Source: Bugula neritina (lineage: Eukaryota > Animalia > Bryozoa). From it: 64,000 nucleotides of DNA. A program made the position numbers and the translations under genes. Shown in pieces: positions 34,472-47,270 of the stretch (within the stretch, counting starts at the first letter, position 1; each line of letters opens with the position of its first letter). The notes under the pieces are model-generated. The model had not been told where the DNA came from, made no database searches, and saw only the letters and a list, made by a program, of their open reading frames with translations. The stretch is from NCBI GenBank assembly GCA_964035545.1, contig OZ037770.1, positions 3,132,662 through 3,196,661 of the forward strand. Direction: 5' to 3'.

Positions 34472-36296
34472 ATTAAAATAAAAGAGATAGAATGAGAAAT
34501 ATAAGTATTAACATAAAGAATATTATACACTTAACAGTATGAGTACTATAGTATAACTAGTAGTGATAAACTTATAAAGAGAAAGGAGGGTATGGAAAGG
34601 AAAAAGAACAATAATAAAGTTGGTTAAAGTTATAATTATAATAATAATGTTAGAAGTATAGTATAGTTAATTGTTAAGTATAGTATTAGTATAAGTTTAG
34701 TATTGAAGACAAGGAAAGAGTTCACCACACTTCCTCCGCAATAGTCCAGCCAGATTCAACCACTGCTAAGGTCCAACTGGGCGCAGACAGAGCTAGCAAG
34801 CCAACTCTTGGTGCCTGTTCCTCACGATAGCACACCCAACCCTACCGGTGTCCAAATCAAATCTCTGCAGGCAACAGCTCCTTGAAGGCATATACTGGTA
34901 ATAGCAGGTTTTGATGCAAAGAAATTTGGAAACTTTCGGAAGAGCACTCAGAAAACACGTGCGGACGCCATGACAACTAATTCCAAATATATTATAATTA
35001 TTAGTATAAATACAACTATGAACTATCATTGGTGTCATCCCAGATAGACTATTATTATTATAAATATAATGATAATCAAAATCAATAAAACCAGTATCAT
35101 GATTATCATTATGATTACAGATTGATATTTAGACTAGGGTTTACTTTTAAAATAAAATAAAATTATGCTATAAATATTTATTATTTTATAACTCAATTGG
35201 CCTTTGCCTTTGGGTACATTAATTTCAGAATGCAAAAAATACTAAAATTAAATAAATTTAAATGCAAAAATAAATATTGCCTACTTATTAGGCTGATTTA
35301 CTAGGTGCAATCTTCCATCTTACACTATCATTTGGCGAGAACTTTTCCTTTGTGAATACATTAAAACGCTAGTTCAACAAGTCTGACTCTTCGACAACGA
35401 CTTTCATTTTCATTCACTGAAAATAAAAGCCCGGAATCCAAGCCTAGCAAGTTTGTTGGTGATTAGTTTTGATAAGCACAATGTGTCAATTTAACAATAT
35501 AATGACAATGCGTGGTCGCAAGGCTATAGCAAAAAAGTCACGTGCTAGGATACAAAACGAGTTGTGCCTTCTTGGAAGACTCTGCAACTTGTTGCTTTTC
35601 CGTTAATAACTTCACGGTATTGGGTAAAACTATTGATTCCGTTTTCACCATTTGTTCTAGTTTCCTTCATATTATTTTGCAAATGAATATCGATATTCAT
35701 ATTTGAGTTGGGCATTACCATAACTTATAAGCATTACTAATACTATATAGTAATAGTAATACTAATGCTATAAATATTAAATTTGACGTGGTCGTATGTT
35801 GAAGTTGTTCACTTAGTGCAACACTAACACATTTAGTGTTACACTTAGTGACTTACAGTTACTGTTGCTAGGATAAGCCTAAGGATGTAGTGTTACTGTT
35901 AGTCAGTAAGTTAGTGTTGCTATGATGCAGCATTACTGTTAGTGTACCAGTGAAAGTCTTAACATAAAAAAGTGTCTGTGTGTGTAGTGTGTAGTTAAGT
36001 TTTACATTCACATGATTATTATGATAATGTTGATGATTACTATTACCATTATGATTATGAATGCCACTAGGCATCATGATCATGACAATTATAATTATTG
36101 CGTAATGGTAATAGCTAGTCACTGAATCTAAGCAAGTATCTAAGCTATCAAGTATCAAGAGTTAAATTCTCGATTTCATGTATTAGTTACTTTTTAGAAA
36201 AGGTTTTAAGTTTGAGTTCAGCCAACTTATTTCATATCTCATCCACCAAGTTACTCAACTCAGCTTATTTACCTTTGTTGATATTTAGATAGTGCC

Positions 36297-38968
36297 ATGG
36301 AGAAGTCAATAGTGCCTGTAATAGACTTTACTGCTGGACAGTCAATACCAGGAGATGCAGCACTGCTATGGAAGACAACTCCTGAACAGATATCACTGGC
36401 TGATGACATAATAGCAGCATTAAAGACTGTAGGATTTATCTGTCTGGTGAACACAGGAATAACTCAAGACGAGGTAATATACAAGTAGTGTGCAGGTGTT
36501 TATATGAAGCAGATTAGAGAGAATGTCATATAGTATGTAACTCTGTATTTATTGTTAATATTTATGAGTTTTGTTTATATTTCTATCACCATTGCAGAAG
36601 TCACTTTCAACTGTATGAAGCTGCATCCAGGTGTCAGCAGGCGCTCTGTAGTGTATATGTACAGGTACTCCCAGGTGCTAGCAAGTGCTCTGTAGTGTAT
36701 ATATACAGGTACTCTCAGGTGCTAGCAAGTGCTCTGTAGTGTGTATATACAAGTACTCTCAGGTGCTAGCAGGTGCTTTGTAGTGCCTATATATACAAGT
36801 AATCCCAGGTGCTAGCTGTTCCTCTGTAGTGTATGTGTACAGGTGAAAATTGTTTCAATATACGATACTTTATTTCGTCTACTTCATGCTTTTAGATGGA
36901 CACATTGATGAACGAAGTAAAGCATTTCTTTGGCTTGGGAGGAAGTGAAAAGTGTTTGTACACAAAGGGACTGATGAGTAACACAGGATGGGTGGATGTT
37001 GGACGAGAAACTCTCTCTACTGATAGAAAGGCAGGGGACTACAAGGAAACTTTTAACTTTCAACCAGTAATGGCAGAAACAGTGAGTTTGTAGTGTAAAA
37101 TGTGTTCATTGTCAGGTTTATAGTGTGTACTGAACATTGGTACAAATATGAGTGTGAATTGAAATCTTTCATGTATGACATAGTCACTTTGTATTGTAAT
37201 GAATATCTATAATTTTTGCACACAATGTCCAGCATAATATTATTGTTTGAAGTTTTTATCGTTTCGTTTCATTATTTTAAAAATTAACAACTTCCAGACT
37301 GAGAATGTAAAGAGTGAGCCTTTGCTATTAATATTTTACACTTTCTCTAGGAAATACCAGATTCTATGAAAGTTCTCAAGGAATGGTGGGGGAGACTGTC
37401 TACCCTCTCACTGCAGTTCATGAAGCTGATGGGCCTAGGTCTAAGACTGAAAGAACCGTCTTATATAGCAAATTCTCATAACTTTGGTTCCTCTCAGAAC
37501 GAGTCGGCTATTCGAGTTAACTTTTACCCAGCCACTCTCAACAAAGGTGAGATTCCTAAGCTATATTTTACTCGTTGTATGTACAACACACATTCACACA
37601 TACTAAGAGTAACAGTATAGTTGTATATTCTGTGTATATAATAGAACAGACAGTGTTACTTTAGTAAACCATATTTTAGTACAATATTAACATCAACATA
37701 GTATATCATGTATATGTAGGAATCTTGAGATGTTTCCTTGAACACTAAGTATAAGGATAAGATTTACATCTGTTAGTTATGGTATTGTATACAATATATT
37801 GCATGTGTGAATGTAGTTTCAAGTGTGACATCACTTCCTATTCAACCAATCAGATGAGCTAACAAGATTGCTTGTTCTGTGAATGTAGACTTAGAACCTG
37901 GCCAAGTTAGATGTGGGGAGCACAGTGACTACGGCTCCGTTACTTTACTGGTTCAAGATAGCCCTGGGCTAGAGGTTCGTATTACATAATACTTGTATGA
38001 GTTAGTTGTGCCTGACCTCTACACAATGAGCTCTGAATTCTATCATATTTGTTAGTTTAATTTACTAACATTTAGAAGTTATCTTTCCTGCTTGTAGTCT
38101 CTGTGTATTATATTATACCAGGTGATGAATAGATCTACTGGAGAATATGAGGCAGTGACAGCTCCCCCTGGTGGTATTATTGTTAATATTGGTGATGTAA
38201 TGCAGTTCTGGACGTCAGACACTCTGGTTGCTAATGTAAGTTCCACAGTGTGTTATATTGAGAAAACAAACCCATCAATCTACCATACAACTGTATTCTA
38301 TAGACTGAGTTCTGGGATGTGTTATATTGAGAAAATAAACAAGGAAACTTTAGTCTAGACTGGGTTTGTCTTCGCATTAAAAATGCTCTTTGCTCTGTCA
38401 TACTAACTAGTGATGTCATACTAACTAGTGATGTCATACTAATTAGTGATGTCATACCAACTAGTGATGTCACACTAACTAGTGATGTCACACTAACTAC
38501 TAATACCAATAGTTAAAAAGACAGCAAGCAAGCTCTACCAGGTTATGTTGCTGGTTGCATATTTTATTGAACACAATTGAAGAGCTACTCCACTGGTAAC
38601 CTTGTCTATGTGATAAACATAATGTTTCTGCTGTGAATTTGGTTCAAGCTTTGCTTTGTTGCAATTTTATAGAAAAACTCTGATGGAAGAAAGTCAAGTT
38701 TGACTTAAAATTTGTAGAATGCAGTATTTCCAGGAACTATTCTCTTTGTTCCCTGAGAACTGTTTATGTTTTTCAGAAGCACCGAGTGTTGGTGTCAGAT
38801 GACATGCACCTGCAGGAGGCTGACAGAGTTTCTATCCCATTCTTTGCTATTCCAGACCAGACCACACTAATAGAATGTCTAGTGGGGCGCTCTCAGTATC
38901 CCCCTGTCACTATGCATGAATGGCTGAAACAGAAAATAGACTCTGCTTTTAAAGAACGACAACTCTAG
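36297..38968 (+). CDS. 2-oxoglutarate/Fe(II)-dependent dioxygenase, isopenicillin-N-synthase-like family (DIOX_N + 2OG-FeII_Oxy), 316 aa
   Basis: Six phase-compatible GT-AG exons: 36297-36473, 36896-37081, 37351-37546, 37889-37974, 38122-38235, 38777-38968. Motifs VPVIDF, VGFICLVN, GDYKETF, NFYP, HSDYG (HxD), NIGD, HRV and RVS (RxS). Confidence 0.95.
36626..36845. repeat. Intronic minisatellite, about 44-bp unit x5 (CAGGTGCTAGCAAGTGCTCTGTAGTG...)
   Basis: Five direct copies in intron 1 of the dioxygenase. Confidence 0.85.
38396..38498. repeat. 18-bp tandem repeat (GTCATACTAACTAGTGAT), 5-6 copies
   Basis: Direct copies in intron 5; produces the spurious SMTSLV ORF. Confidence 0.9.
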
Positions 38969-39467
38969 TAGAAGAGACTGCTGTTTATGGAAAGTAGCAG
39001 CATTAATATAGATTTTTATAATGGAATATACCATTTACACGTTGGGTGCTTCTTTAAAATATTACTTGAGTATTTTTCTAAGCAACTACTATGCAACTGG
39101 GTCTCCTAATCTGAATTGGTTCAAAATGAAACTTTTTCACAGTTTTATTATTTCAAGAAACTCAAAATAATTTACTAACTTTTTATACTTCTAGTAATCT
39201 GTTAAATGACTAATTTTATATGCTGTATTTTAGTTTTTCTCTGTTAAAGGAGGATAACTCCAATTTCTCAACTTTTTATTTATGTTTTCAATTTGAAGTT
39301 ACTTTAGGGTGTCAACTTATACTTATTAAATTCAAACTAAAATAAGATGTTACAAACATTTTTATATAATATAATATTCAAGAATACAAAAATATATAAA
39401 AATTTCTGTTACCTGCAAGGGCAAATTAAAATGAAAGTCAAACTCAAAACGAATAACGAAAATTAAC

Positions 39468-42400
39468 TGTAACTTATAATTATAATATATCGACAGCCCC
39501 AAGCTGTCACCGTGACCTCCAAACCGCTCCTTAGTCACTCCAATCTCCACCGTGATCTGCCCAGTAAATCACCGTATTCACCCAGAATACAATGACAAGA
39601 ATGCTGACTTTGCTAAACTCTCTAATAGATATAAATTTTGTCAGTCGAACACTGTTGCGCGATAGAAAAGGGTCTTTTGTTTCGCAGCGCAACACGAGGC
39701 AAAATCTTTGACTCTTGCTGTGTACCTAAGCACTCTATCTTGCTACACCGTTAACGGCATTGGCATACTTACAGCCCACATCTCCTTTAGCTTCTTGCAA
39801 AGCTACTAGGGGGACGCCATGACCTCCGGCCAGTCAACATAATGATTCAAGTACGCAGGTCGCCGCCGCACACGTTGCGGCCGTCCATGATGGATCAGCG
39901 GCACATCTGCATTTTCGCTCTCCTCAGCATTGGCTCCAACCTGTTCGGCGGGGCGTTCTGGACACCTTACACCTTACATCGGGTTGGGCTAGGTCTTCCC
40001 AAATGGCATACTGATCCGCATTGGCCTCCTCGTCAGGCTTCTCAATCAGCACTAACGGCAGATCTCCTGGAGGTCCAGCATAAGGCATTTGCTGATCATC
40101 AACATGAGCAGCCCGTCGACACAGCCATATCAAAGACGCAAGGTCCGTTCGTAATCTGAACGTGCGTCCATAAAGGTATGGTCTAAAGTGTTTCACCGCC
40201 TTGACTACTGCCAGGAGCTCTCTCCTGGTGGTACAGTAGTTCTTCTCAGGCGCCGACAGAGCCTTACTTTAGTAAGCTACCACCACCTCGCAGTCATCTT
40301 AGACCTGAGACAGCACAGCCCCCACATTATGGTTACTGGCATCAGTATCCAAAATGTACTCCTTCGCCGGATCAGGGTATGCCAAGATGGCCGCCTCTAC
40401 CAAACGATCCTTGAGGTGGTCAAATGCCTGCTGTTCTGTATGCGTCTACTGCCATCGCACCCCTTTTGCTGTCAGCTGGTTTAGTGGCTGCACAATTCCT
40501 GCAAAGTCTGGTATGTACTGACCGCAATTCAGGGAGGTCGACAGGGACGGCCCAGTCCCTCACAGCCCGTACTTTCTCGGGGTCGGTGGCGACCCCGTCT
40601 CGACCAACTACATGGCCCAGGTACTTAACCTCGCGTTGCAGTAATGCACACTTCGAGGGCTTGAGCTTCAGGCCCGCAGCTCGGAGTCTGCCGAACACCT
40701 CCCTGAGTCGACTGACATGTGTGTCGAAGTCGGGGGAGATGACGATGACATCATCGAGATAGATGAGCAAGGTCTTCCAGTGCAGTCCACTCAGGACCTG
40801 CTCCATGAGTCGCTGGAAGGTGGCTGGTGCGGACGTAAGTCCGAATGGCAACACCTTCCATTTCCAGAGCCCATCTCGCGTAATAAACGCGGCCTTGTCT
40901 TGTGCATCAGGACTCAGAGGCACCTGCCAATACCTGCTTAGCAAGTCCAACGTACTGAAGAACTTGCTACCAGCTAAGGCATCTAGCGACTCATCGATCC
41001 TAGAAAGAGGGTAAGCGTCCTGGATGGTCACGCTGTTCAATTTGCGATAATCTACGCAAAACATCCAGCTCCCATCCTTTTTCCGAACCAGGACAACTAG
41101 AGAGCTCCAAGCACCATGGGCTGGCTCAATCAGGTCCCGGTTCAGAAGGTCTTGCTCCTGTCGGCTCACTCCCTTTTCCTTCTCAGGACCTAACCGGCGG
41201 GTCGGCTGCCTGATAGGCACCATCCCAGCCGCCAGGGGTATCTTATGACAGACAGCCTTCGCTATGCCCATGTCATGATCGCCGCAACTGAACACATCCT
41301 TGTACTCAGAGAGTAGCTGCGCCACTACCAAGTGTTCTCGTTTACTCTCACAGCCATCACAGGCATCTCCGTATAAATCTACCAAGTGTTCAGGCACCGG
41401 CCTCCTGCCATCCGTAGTGAGTACCCGTCGAGCCTTGTCCGCTGTTTCCAGGGCTGGCCCGACATCCTCCTCCTGTATGGAGTGGAATTTTCCCACTAGT
41501 GACCCAGCCAGAAATTCTACCGGCTCCGTGAAAAGATTCACACACTGGACCAGGAACTCCCCCAGCTCATCCAGTCTATTCAGACAGTTAGCGAGCCAGA
41601 CGCCCCCAGCGCACCTTCCAACACTCCTAAATTTGAGATTTTCCTACAGTTCACTCTGCAGTGAACTGTAGCCCTAGAGCGCCCAGGTACAGTACAGCGC
41701 TGTACCACCTGCACCTCCCCCACCAAGAGCCGGCCAAATCAGTTGACACAGGCCAGCTCACGCCCGACCATCACTACCGCCGACTTATTAAAGTCAATAT
41801 GGCACCTGCGTCGCTTCAGAAATGGCATGCCCAAGATGGCATACTCCTTGAGTTGACTGACGATGAAGGTCTCGCTGATCATCTGATCACGGACTCTACC
41901 AGTCAGCTCTATCACACCATAAAAAGGAATACATGACCCGTCCGCCAACGTGCCGTGTTCCCCTTCATATGGCTCTAGGTTAGCCCGGTTCCTAGCACTG
42001 AATGTGTCAAACAGACGCCAGTTCAGAAGATTTGTGGTACACCCAGTATCTAATAGGAAGGTGGCAGCTTTTCCGGCAAGTTTACCGGGGAGGAAATAAC
42101 TGCTCCCATATGACTGGGCGCTCACTGAGCGATTCGTCTCTGGAGGTGCATGGAGTTGGGAATGCATCTGTGCTTTTCGGTTGCGAGGGGGTTGTCGACG
42201 TTTCGTGGGCAAACAGGTTACATCTCGGTCTTGCTCACACACAGACGGCCTAGTGAATGCTCGGTCTTGCGCTCGTGTGGGCAACCGAAGGAAATCCCTG
42301 TCTCGCTCCCACTCGTCGTGCACTCCTTCATCAGGCAAACCTTCAAAGCGGTTTTTGAGTGCCCAAGCCGAAGGTTTTGGCGGGCCTTGCGGCCTGCTAA

Positions 42401-42470
42401 CTCTTGTTTTTTCATGTCAAACAGACCATTGCATGTGATTCTCGTGATCGTGAGGCCAGGCCTTTAGGGT
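39468..42470 (-). mobile_element. Decayed Ty3/Gypsy LTR retrotransposon (protease, RT, RNase H; integrase core deleted; 5'-truncated)
   Basis: Protease FLLDTGC, RT FCVDYRKLN/LPFGL/YLDD/YLGHVV, and frameshifted RNase H remnants (HFRPYLYG...LRTD). Putative 3' LTR 39468-39773 with TGTAA...TTACA ends preceded by a purine-rich tract. No matching 5' LTR seen. Confidence 0.9.
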
Positions 42471-43401
42471 CGTAAGGTCAAGTTTTCCCCTAATTTCAGA
42501 TGTTTCTATTCTTAATTCCCTTATAGTATGCTATTTCTGTAATAACCTAGTAATTCCCTAGTATACTATTTCTAAAATAATATCTTGTTCGCAATGATTA
42601 CATGTATATTAGTCTACTAGGTTGACATCAACTGATCATAGCTGTCACTGAGAGATGTGCACATAATTAAACTGTTAGAATTACAGAGACTTTATAGTTG
42701 AGTATTCGAAACACTGGTAGCTACATGAAAATCGAAACCAGAAGTGAAACTGCGCTCAGTGATATTATAATTGTTGTTGGACTTTCAATCATGAGAACAC
42801 AACTACCAGATAAAGACTAGGCAAGCTTTGTCCTAACTATAATACTATACAACTGTATAGGTAACTGATGTTTTTGGAATATTCTTCCCCTAATCACTAA
42901 GTAAAGAAAAGAGTAAGAATAATATTCACCTCCAGGTTTTAGATTTCTATGCATGGTGCCTGGAGTCAGCTTTAGTATTGTACATATTACTATTATGACA
43001 TTATATTGTGCAGTCACATCCAGAACCCCAATTAGGTGAGTTATGTAACCTCAAAATATGGAATATAAATATTGGTTGCCTTCTAAGAGTTGCCCCACCC
43101 TATAGCATGTATTTGCATTGTCTAAGCAGGTAATTCTAGGTTTACATGGTGACTGTTATATTAAGAGGATGTTATCGGAAGAACTGTTAGTACTGTATGA
43201 TATCAAATGAATAATCAGGGAAATTCTTATAATATATTAAACATCTCTGAGACAATACAATAAATTATATATAAAACATTTCATCTACTATGACTGATAT
43301 ATCAAATTCGGAGTGATATGATAAAAACACGAACTAAAACCATTTTGAAAGAATTGAGGCTGATAAATAAATCTGCTGTAAAATAGATACACAGAAAAAA
43401 C

Positions 43402-43979
43402 TCAGAAGACAAAATCTAGATTAGCCGACTGTCCACCAGAAAGTTTGACTATATGAGTCTGGGTGTGAACACCACCCCACTCTCCAGCAGTTATAGAGTA
43501 GGTTCCTGGGTCTACAGATATACACATTCCCTCCACAGCAGCATCTGTCAACTGTAAACACAAAGTGAAAGTAACATCATTCTACTTCCCTGACCTTGAA
43601 CTTCTCCAACTGGTCACATGACTAACTTTCTCTGTACAGAATCTAAAGTACGGAGGAGATAACTGCTACTCTTACTGTATGTAGTAAAATAAAAATAAAA
43701 CTTACTGGATTTCTTGAAGGTTTACTCGGTGAATCTGATTGGTGGAATCTGCCACAGTGAGTCTTATCATAACCATTCTTCCTCCACTCTGGTTGGCCGT
43801 TGTAATACTTCTGTGAATATCAACATGATTGTTATTAGTAAATATAAGCATCTTATTTAGAAGTTGTATTTTTGTATTTTATTAAAGAGAAAATAATTGT
43901 AGCAGCCACAATAACAGCATTAGCAGCAGTAGCACCAGTAGTAGCAATAGTAGCAGCAGCAGCAGTAGTGCTAAACTGT

Positions 43980-44019
<40 letters not shown>

Positions 44020-44038
44020 GCTACTACTGCTGCTACTG

Positions 44039-44085
<47 letters not shown>

Positions 44086-45279
44086 GAAACAATACTTCTA
44101 CTCTAGTTACTGCTGTTAGTGCCACAAGAAGATAACTTCCCTTCATTATGTGAGTGTAGAGGTCCCAAATATACTAACCAGTTAACTAACAATAGTTTAG
44201 TACAAAGCAGTGTTACTATAGCCAGCTGTTGTTTTGACTACCAGTTGCTATAAGTAACGGTTGCTATGACTACCTGTTGTTATGAATACTAGTTGCTATG
44301 ACTACTAGTTGCTGTGACTACCATCATACATAGAACTAGTAGAAAGAATAACAGCTCTATCATTGATGTTTACATATTATATCATATTATTGATCTTTAT
44401 AAACTCTGCTGCTGCTGCTACTACTATTATTATTACTACTACCACTAGTACTACTACGGCTGCTACTACTAATATACCAGTTGCTATACTAATACTGCTA
44501 CTAATAGTTATACTACTACCACTAGTACTACTAACACCAGTTGCTATACTAATACTGCTACTAATGGTGATACTACTACCACCATTGCTGCTGCTGTTAC
44601 TACTACTCACTATTACCATCATACCCCTACTAGTATTACCAAGACTACTAGTTGCTATGACTATCAGTTGCTAAGACTACAAGTTGCCATAACGACCAGT
44701 TGCTATGACTACCAGTATACATAAAACTAGTAGAAAGAATAAAAGCACCTTCACACATACCTTACAGTGTCTAGTAGACGTGTTTAGATACTGCACCATG
44801 GTACTGATGGCATCGTTGATGGAGCACGAGGAAAGATCTCTGATTGGCTGGGATTGGTCAGTCGGTTTTACAGGCCAACTTACGGAGCGAGTCTGGGCAC
44901 GTCGTAGAGATCGTGCAGCTTGTATCCGGGTGCGACAGAGTACGCAGTGAACCCAGTCCTCTGGCTCATGTCCCTAAACAGTGTATAGAATAACAGAATT
45001 ACTTTCTATGAGAACAGACAACTCTTAGGACACTTCTCTACTCTGTCTGATAAATATGTATTAAATAAACACAAACACACAACACAACAACTGTTCAGCA
45101 TATCAACTTTCTATCAACTCAATAGTATATATAACAGACACTTTACAGGAGAGGATAAATCCCTTGAAGAGCTAGACAGCAGTAAATACTAAATGTTGAA
45201 CTACTTATACTCAATGTAACTATGGTAACGATATAAACATTCTTACTGAACAGTGAATAGGCGAGGAACATCTGTCCAT
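43402..45279 (-). CDS. AKIP1: A-kinase-interacting protein 1 homolog (AKIP1/BCA3/C11orf17), 166 aa
   Basis: Phase-0 exons 45279-45247, 44973-44761, 43810-43706 and 43551-43402; probable 5' UTR exon ending at 47486. Motifs LRRAQTRSVSW, AISTMVQYLNTSTRHCKKYY and ISVDPGTYSITAG...THIVKLSGGQSANLDF correspond to recalled vertebrate AKIP1 (LERAKRRAVDW, FRTMAEFMDYTTSQCGKYY, IEVYPGTYSVTVG...THVVAVDSGQSVDLVF). Confidence 0.85.
43912..44086. repeat. (AGC/AGT)n and (TAC)n microsatellites in an AKIP1 intron
   Basis: Direct inspection; source of the poly-Tyr ORF. Confidence 0.95.
44225..44715. repeat. Low-complexity TAC/CTA repeats and a 17-18 bp GTTGCTATGACTACCA repeat
   Basis: Direct inspection. Confidence 0.8.
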
Positions 45280-46846
45280 TCTTTCTTCCAACAAGTCTTT
45301 CTTCTTTCTTCTGGTCTCCCTACATATAAAGTTTAACAGCATTGTAAAACTCAAAGTTAAAGATAAAAAACACTTTTGATAATGCTTTGAGACCGTAGCT
45401 GAGGTGATCGAGACCCACTAACCTATGACCCGTTACCAAGAAAGTGTTTTAAACCAATTAACACTAGCAAAAAGATCAGCAAAATATAAAACAACGTTAT
45501 TGTGACATTTTGACAGCCATATGAATGAATAAGAAAAAATATAAACTAAAATAGATTGGATAAAGCAGATGCATATTGAGCCTAAAAATGTAGTGATTGA
45601 GATTGAGTGAAATATTTGATCTGAGCGTAACTCATTGACTAAGAACTTAGCTAAAATAACTCATTACATGGCTAACTTCAGCAACTGTACTATTGAAAAT
45701 TTTTGCCATGGTTTACTTGCCTAATATCATTGAATATTTATAACACATTTGATTATAAAAACTGAAAGGTTTATGAATACACAAATTTACCACATATTTA
45801 ACTTTATAAAATAACGCTATAGATTACTTAAAAATTATTGTAACAATACTACAAAAATGTAATAATTGCACTGCTAATAATAATACCAGTAATAGTAGGA
45901 GCAAGTTAGTACAAGTATTGCCAGTTAAGACTACTACCATTAGTATGAGTCACACCACAAGAATCACACTTACAGTGTAGAGTGAGACATAGTCACAGCA
46001 TCAGTGTGATTGACTAACTCACTATACTATTTAATTGATAAACTCTAATCAGTTATAGAAAAGACAACTCTAAGTATAATTATTTTTAACAATAATTCAG
46101 TTTGACACGATTAATAATTATTATTACATTAGAAAAAAGGGTGACCATACAACTAACTAGTAGAATACCAAAAGAATATTACTAATTACAGGTAGTTGCA
46201 ATACCAACTTTTACTATGATAAGATTATTAGTTGAAAATAGCATAATGTAAGCAGAGCCAATATTATAACATCAAGTTTCTCAGAGTTGGCTTTTATCCA
46301 ATTTTAGCATATCTCAAATTGTTTTATAATAAATAATTTTGCACAAGTTTATGGCTCATATTCATAGTGTTGACCAAAAATTTTCAGCTATTCACAATTT
46401 CTATTTGAAAATGTAACAACCAGTTAAATATTTTTCTTGCAACTGGTAAATTATTAACAATATGATTATTTAAAGTTAATTAGTTATTAACATCATTATT
46501 AACATCATTATTAACATTATTAACATCATTTTGACGGATACTGAGTAGCCTCCATCAAGTATGAATAAAAACTTGAGCTGCTAGTACTTTCTATCATGGC
46601 TAGTGTAATTGTAATTAGTATTTCCTAATGAATCAAATTGTTGACATGACACAACAATTATAAACATAATCACCATAGGTCATGTAGCCTACTGCTAGAA
46701 CTAGTAGAATTAGAAGTAGAGTAACTGTAAGAGAAGCATGCAACCTATCCTTAAAATGAAACAAATTCAAACTTCAATTGCTAAACATAAGACTATCTCT
46801 CAGTTTAGTTCAGCAAATTACAACAAGTTCAAATTGAATTTCAACT

Positions 46847-47270
46847 TGTAGTACTAGTACTAGTAGTAGAGTACTAGTGTTCTCACTATTATAGTAATAC
46901 TAATACTAATGGTAATAGTACAACACTACTGCTGCTACTGCTAGTAGTAGGACTACTACTACTACTAGTAGTAGAGGTAGTACTACTAGACTACTACTAC
47001 TACTAGATGTAGTAATAGTGGTAGTATTAGTATTACTACTACTACTAGATGTAGTACTAGTGGTAGTATTAGTATTACTACTACTACTACTACTAGTACT
47101 ACTACTAGTACTAGTAGTAAATCAAAATGTAATAGAAAAGTTGAAGTTCAACACTAGCAGTAGCACCACTACTAGTAGTAGTACTAGTGTCTGCACAAGT
47201 ACTACTACCACTAGTACTGTAAAACTACTAATAGTAGTTGTACTAGTGCAGTGGGAGACTGGTAGTAGTT
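46847..47270. repeat. Mixed (TAG)n/(CTA)n low-complexity tract
   Basis: Direct inspection. Confidence 0.85.

Larger units (their letters stand above)
30835..34975 (-). mobile_element. Near full-length CR1/L2-group LINE
   Basis: 5' UTR of about 500 bp, ORF1, ORF2 (APE + RT), 3' UTR stem-loop (tagttcca...tggaacta enclosing CCCC-AAATA-GGGG, 30859-30895) and a (CAAGA)n tail. The 5' boundary is approximate. Confidence 0.92.

Noticed and set aside
30834-34979. 8-bp inverted match (tagttgtc/gacaacta) at the LINE ends as TIRs
   Set aside because: Too short, overlaps the tandem tail, and the element encodes APE-RT rather than a transposase.
39842-42467. Plus-strand ORFs over the Gypsy element (and antisense ORFs over the LINE and the TPR gene)
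   Set aside because: Antisense shadows of real coding frames, with no recognisable motifs.
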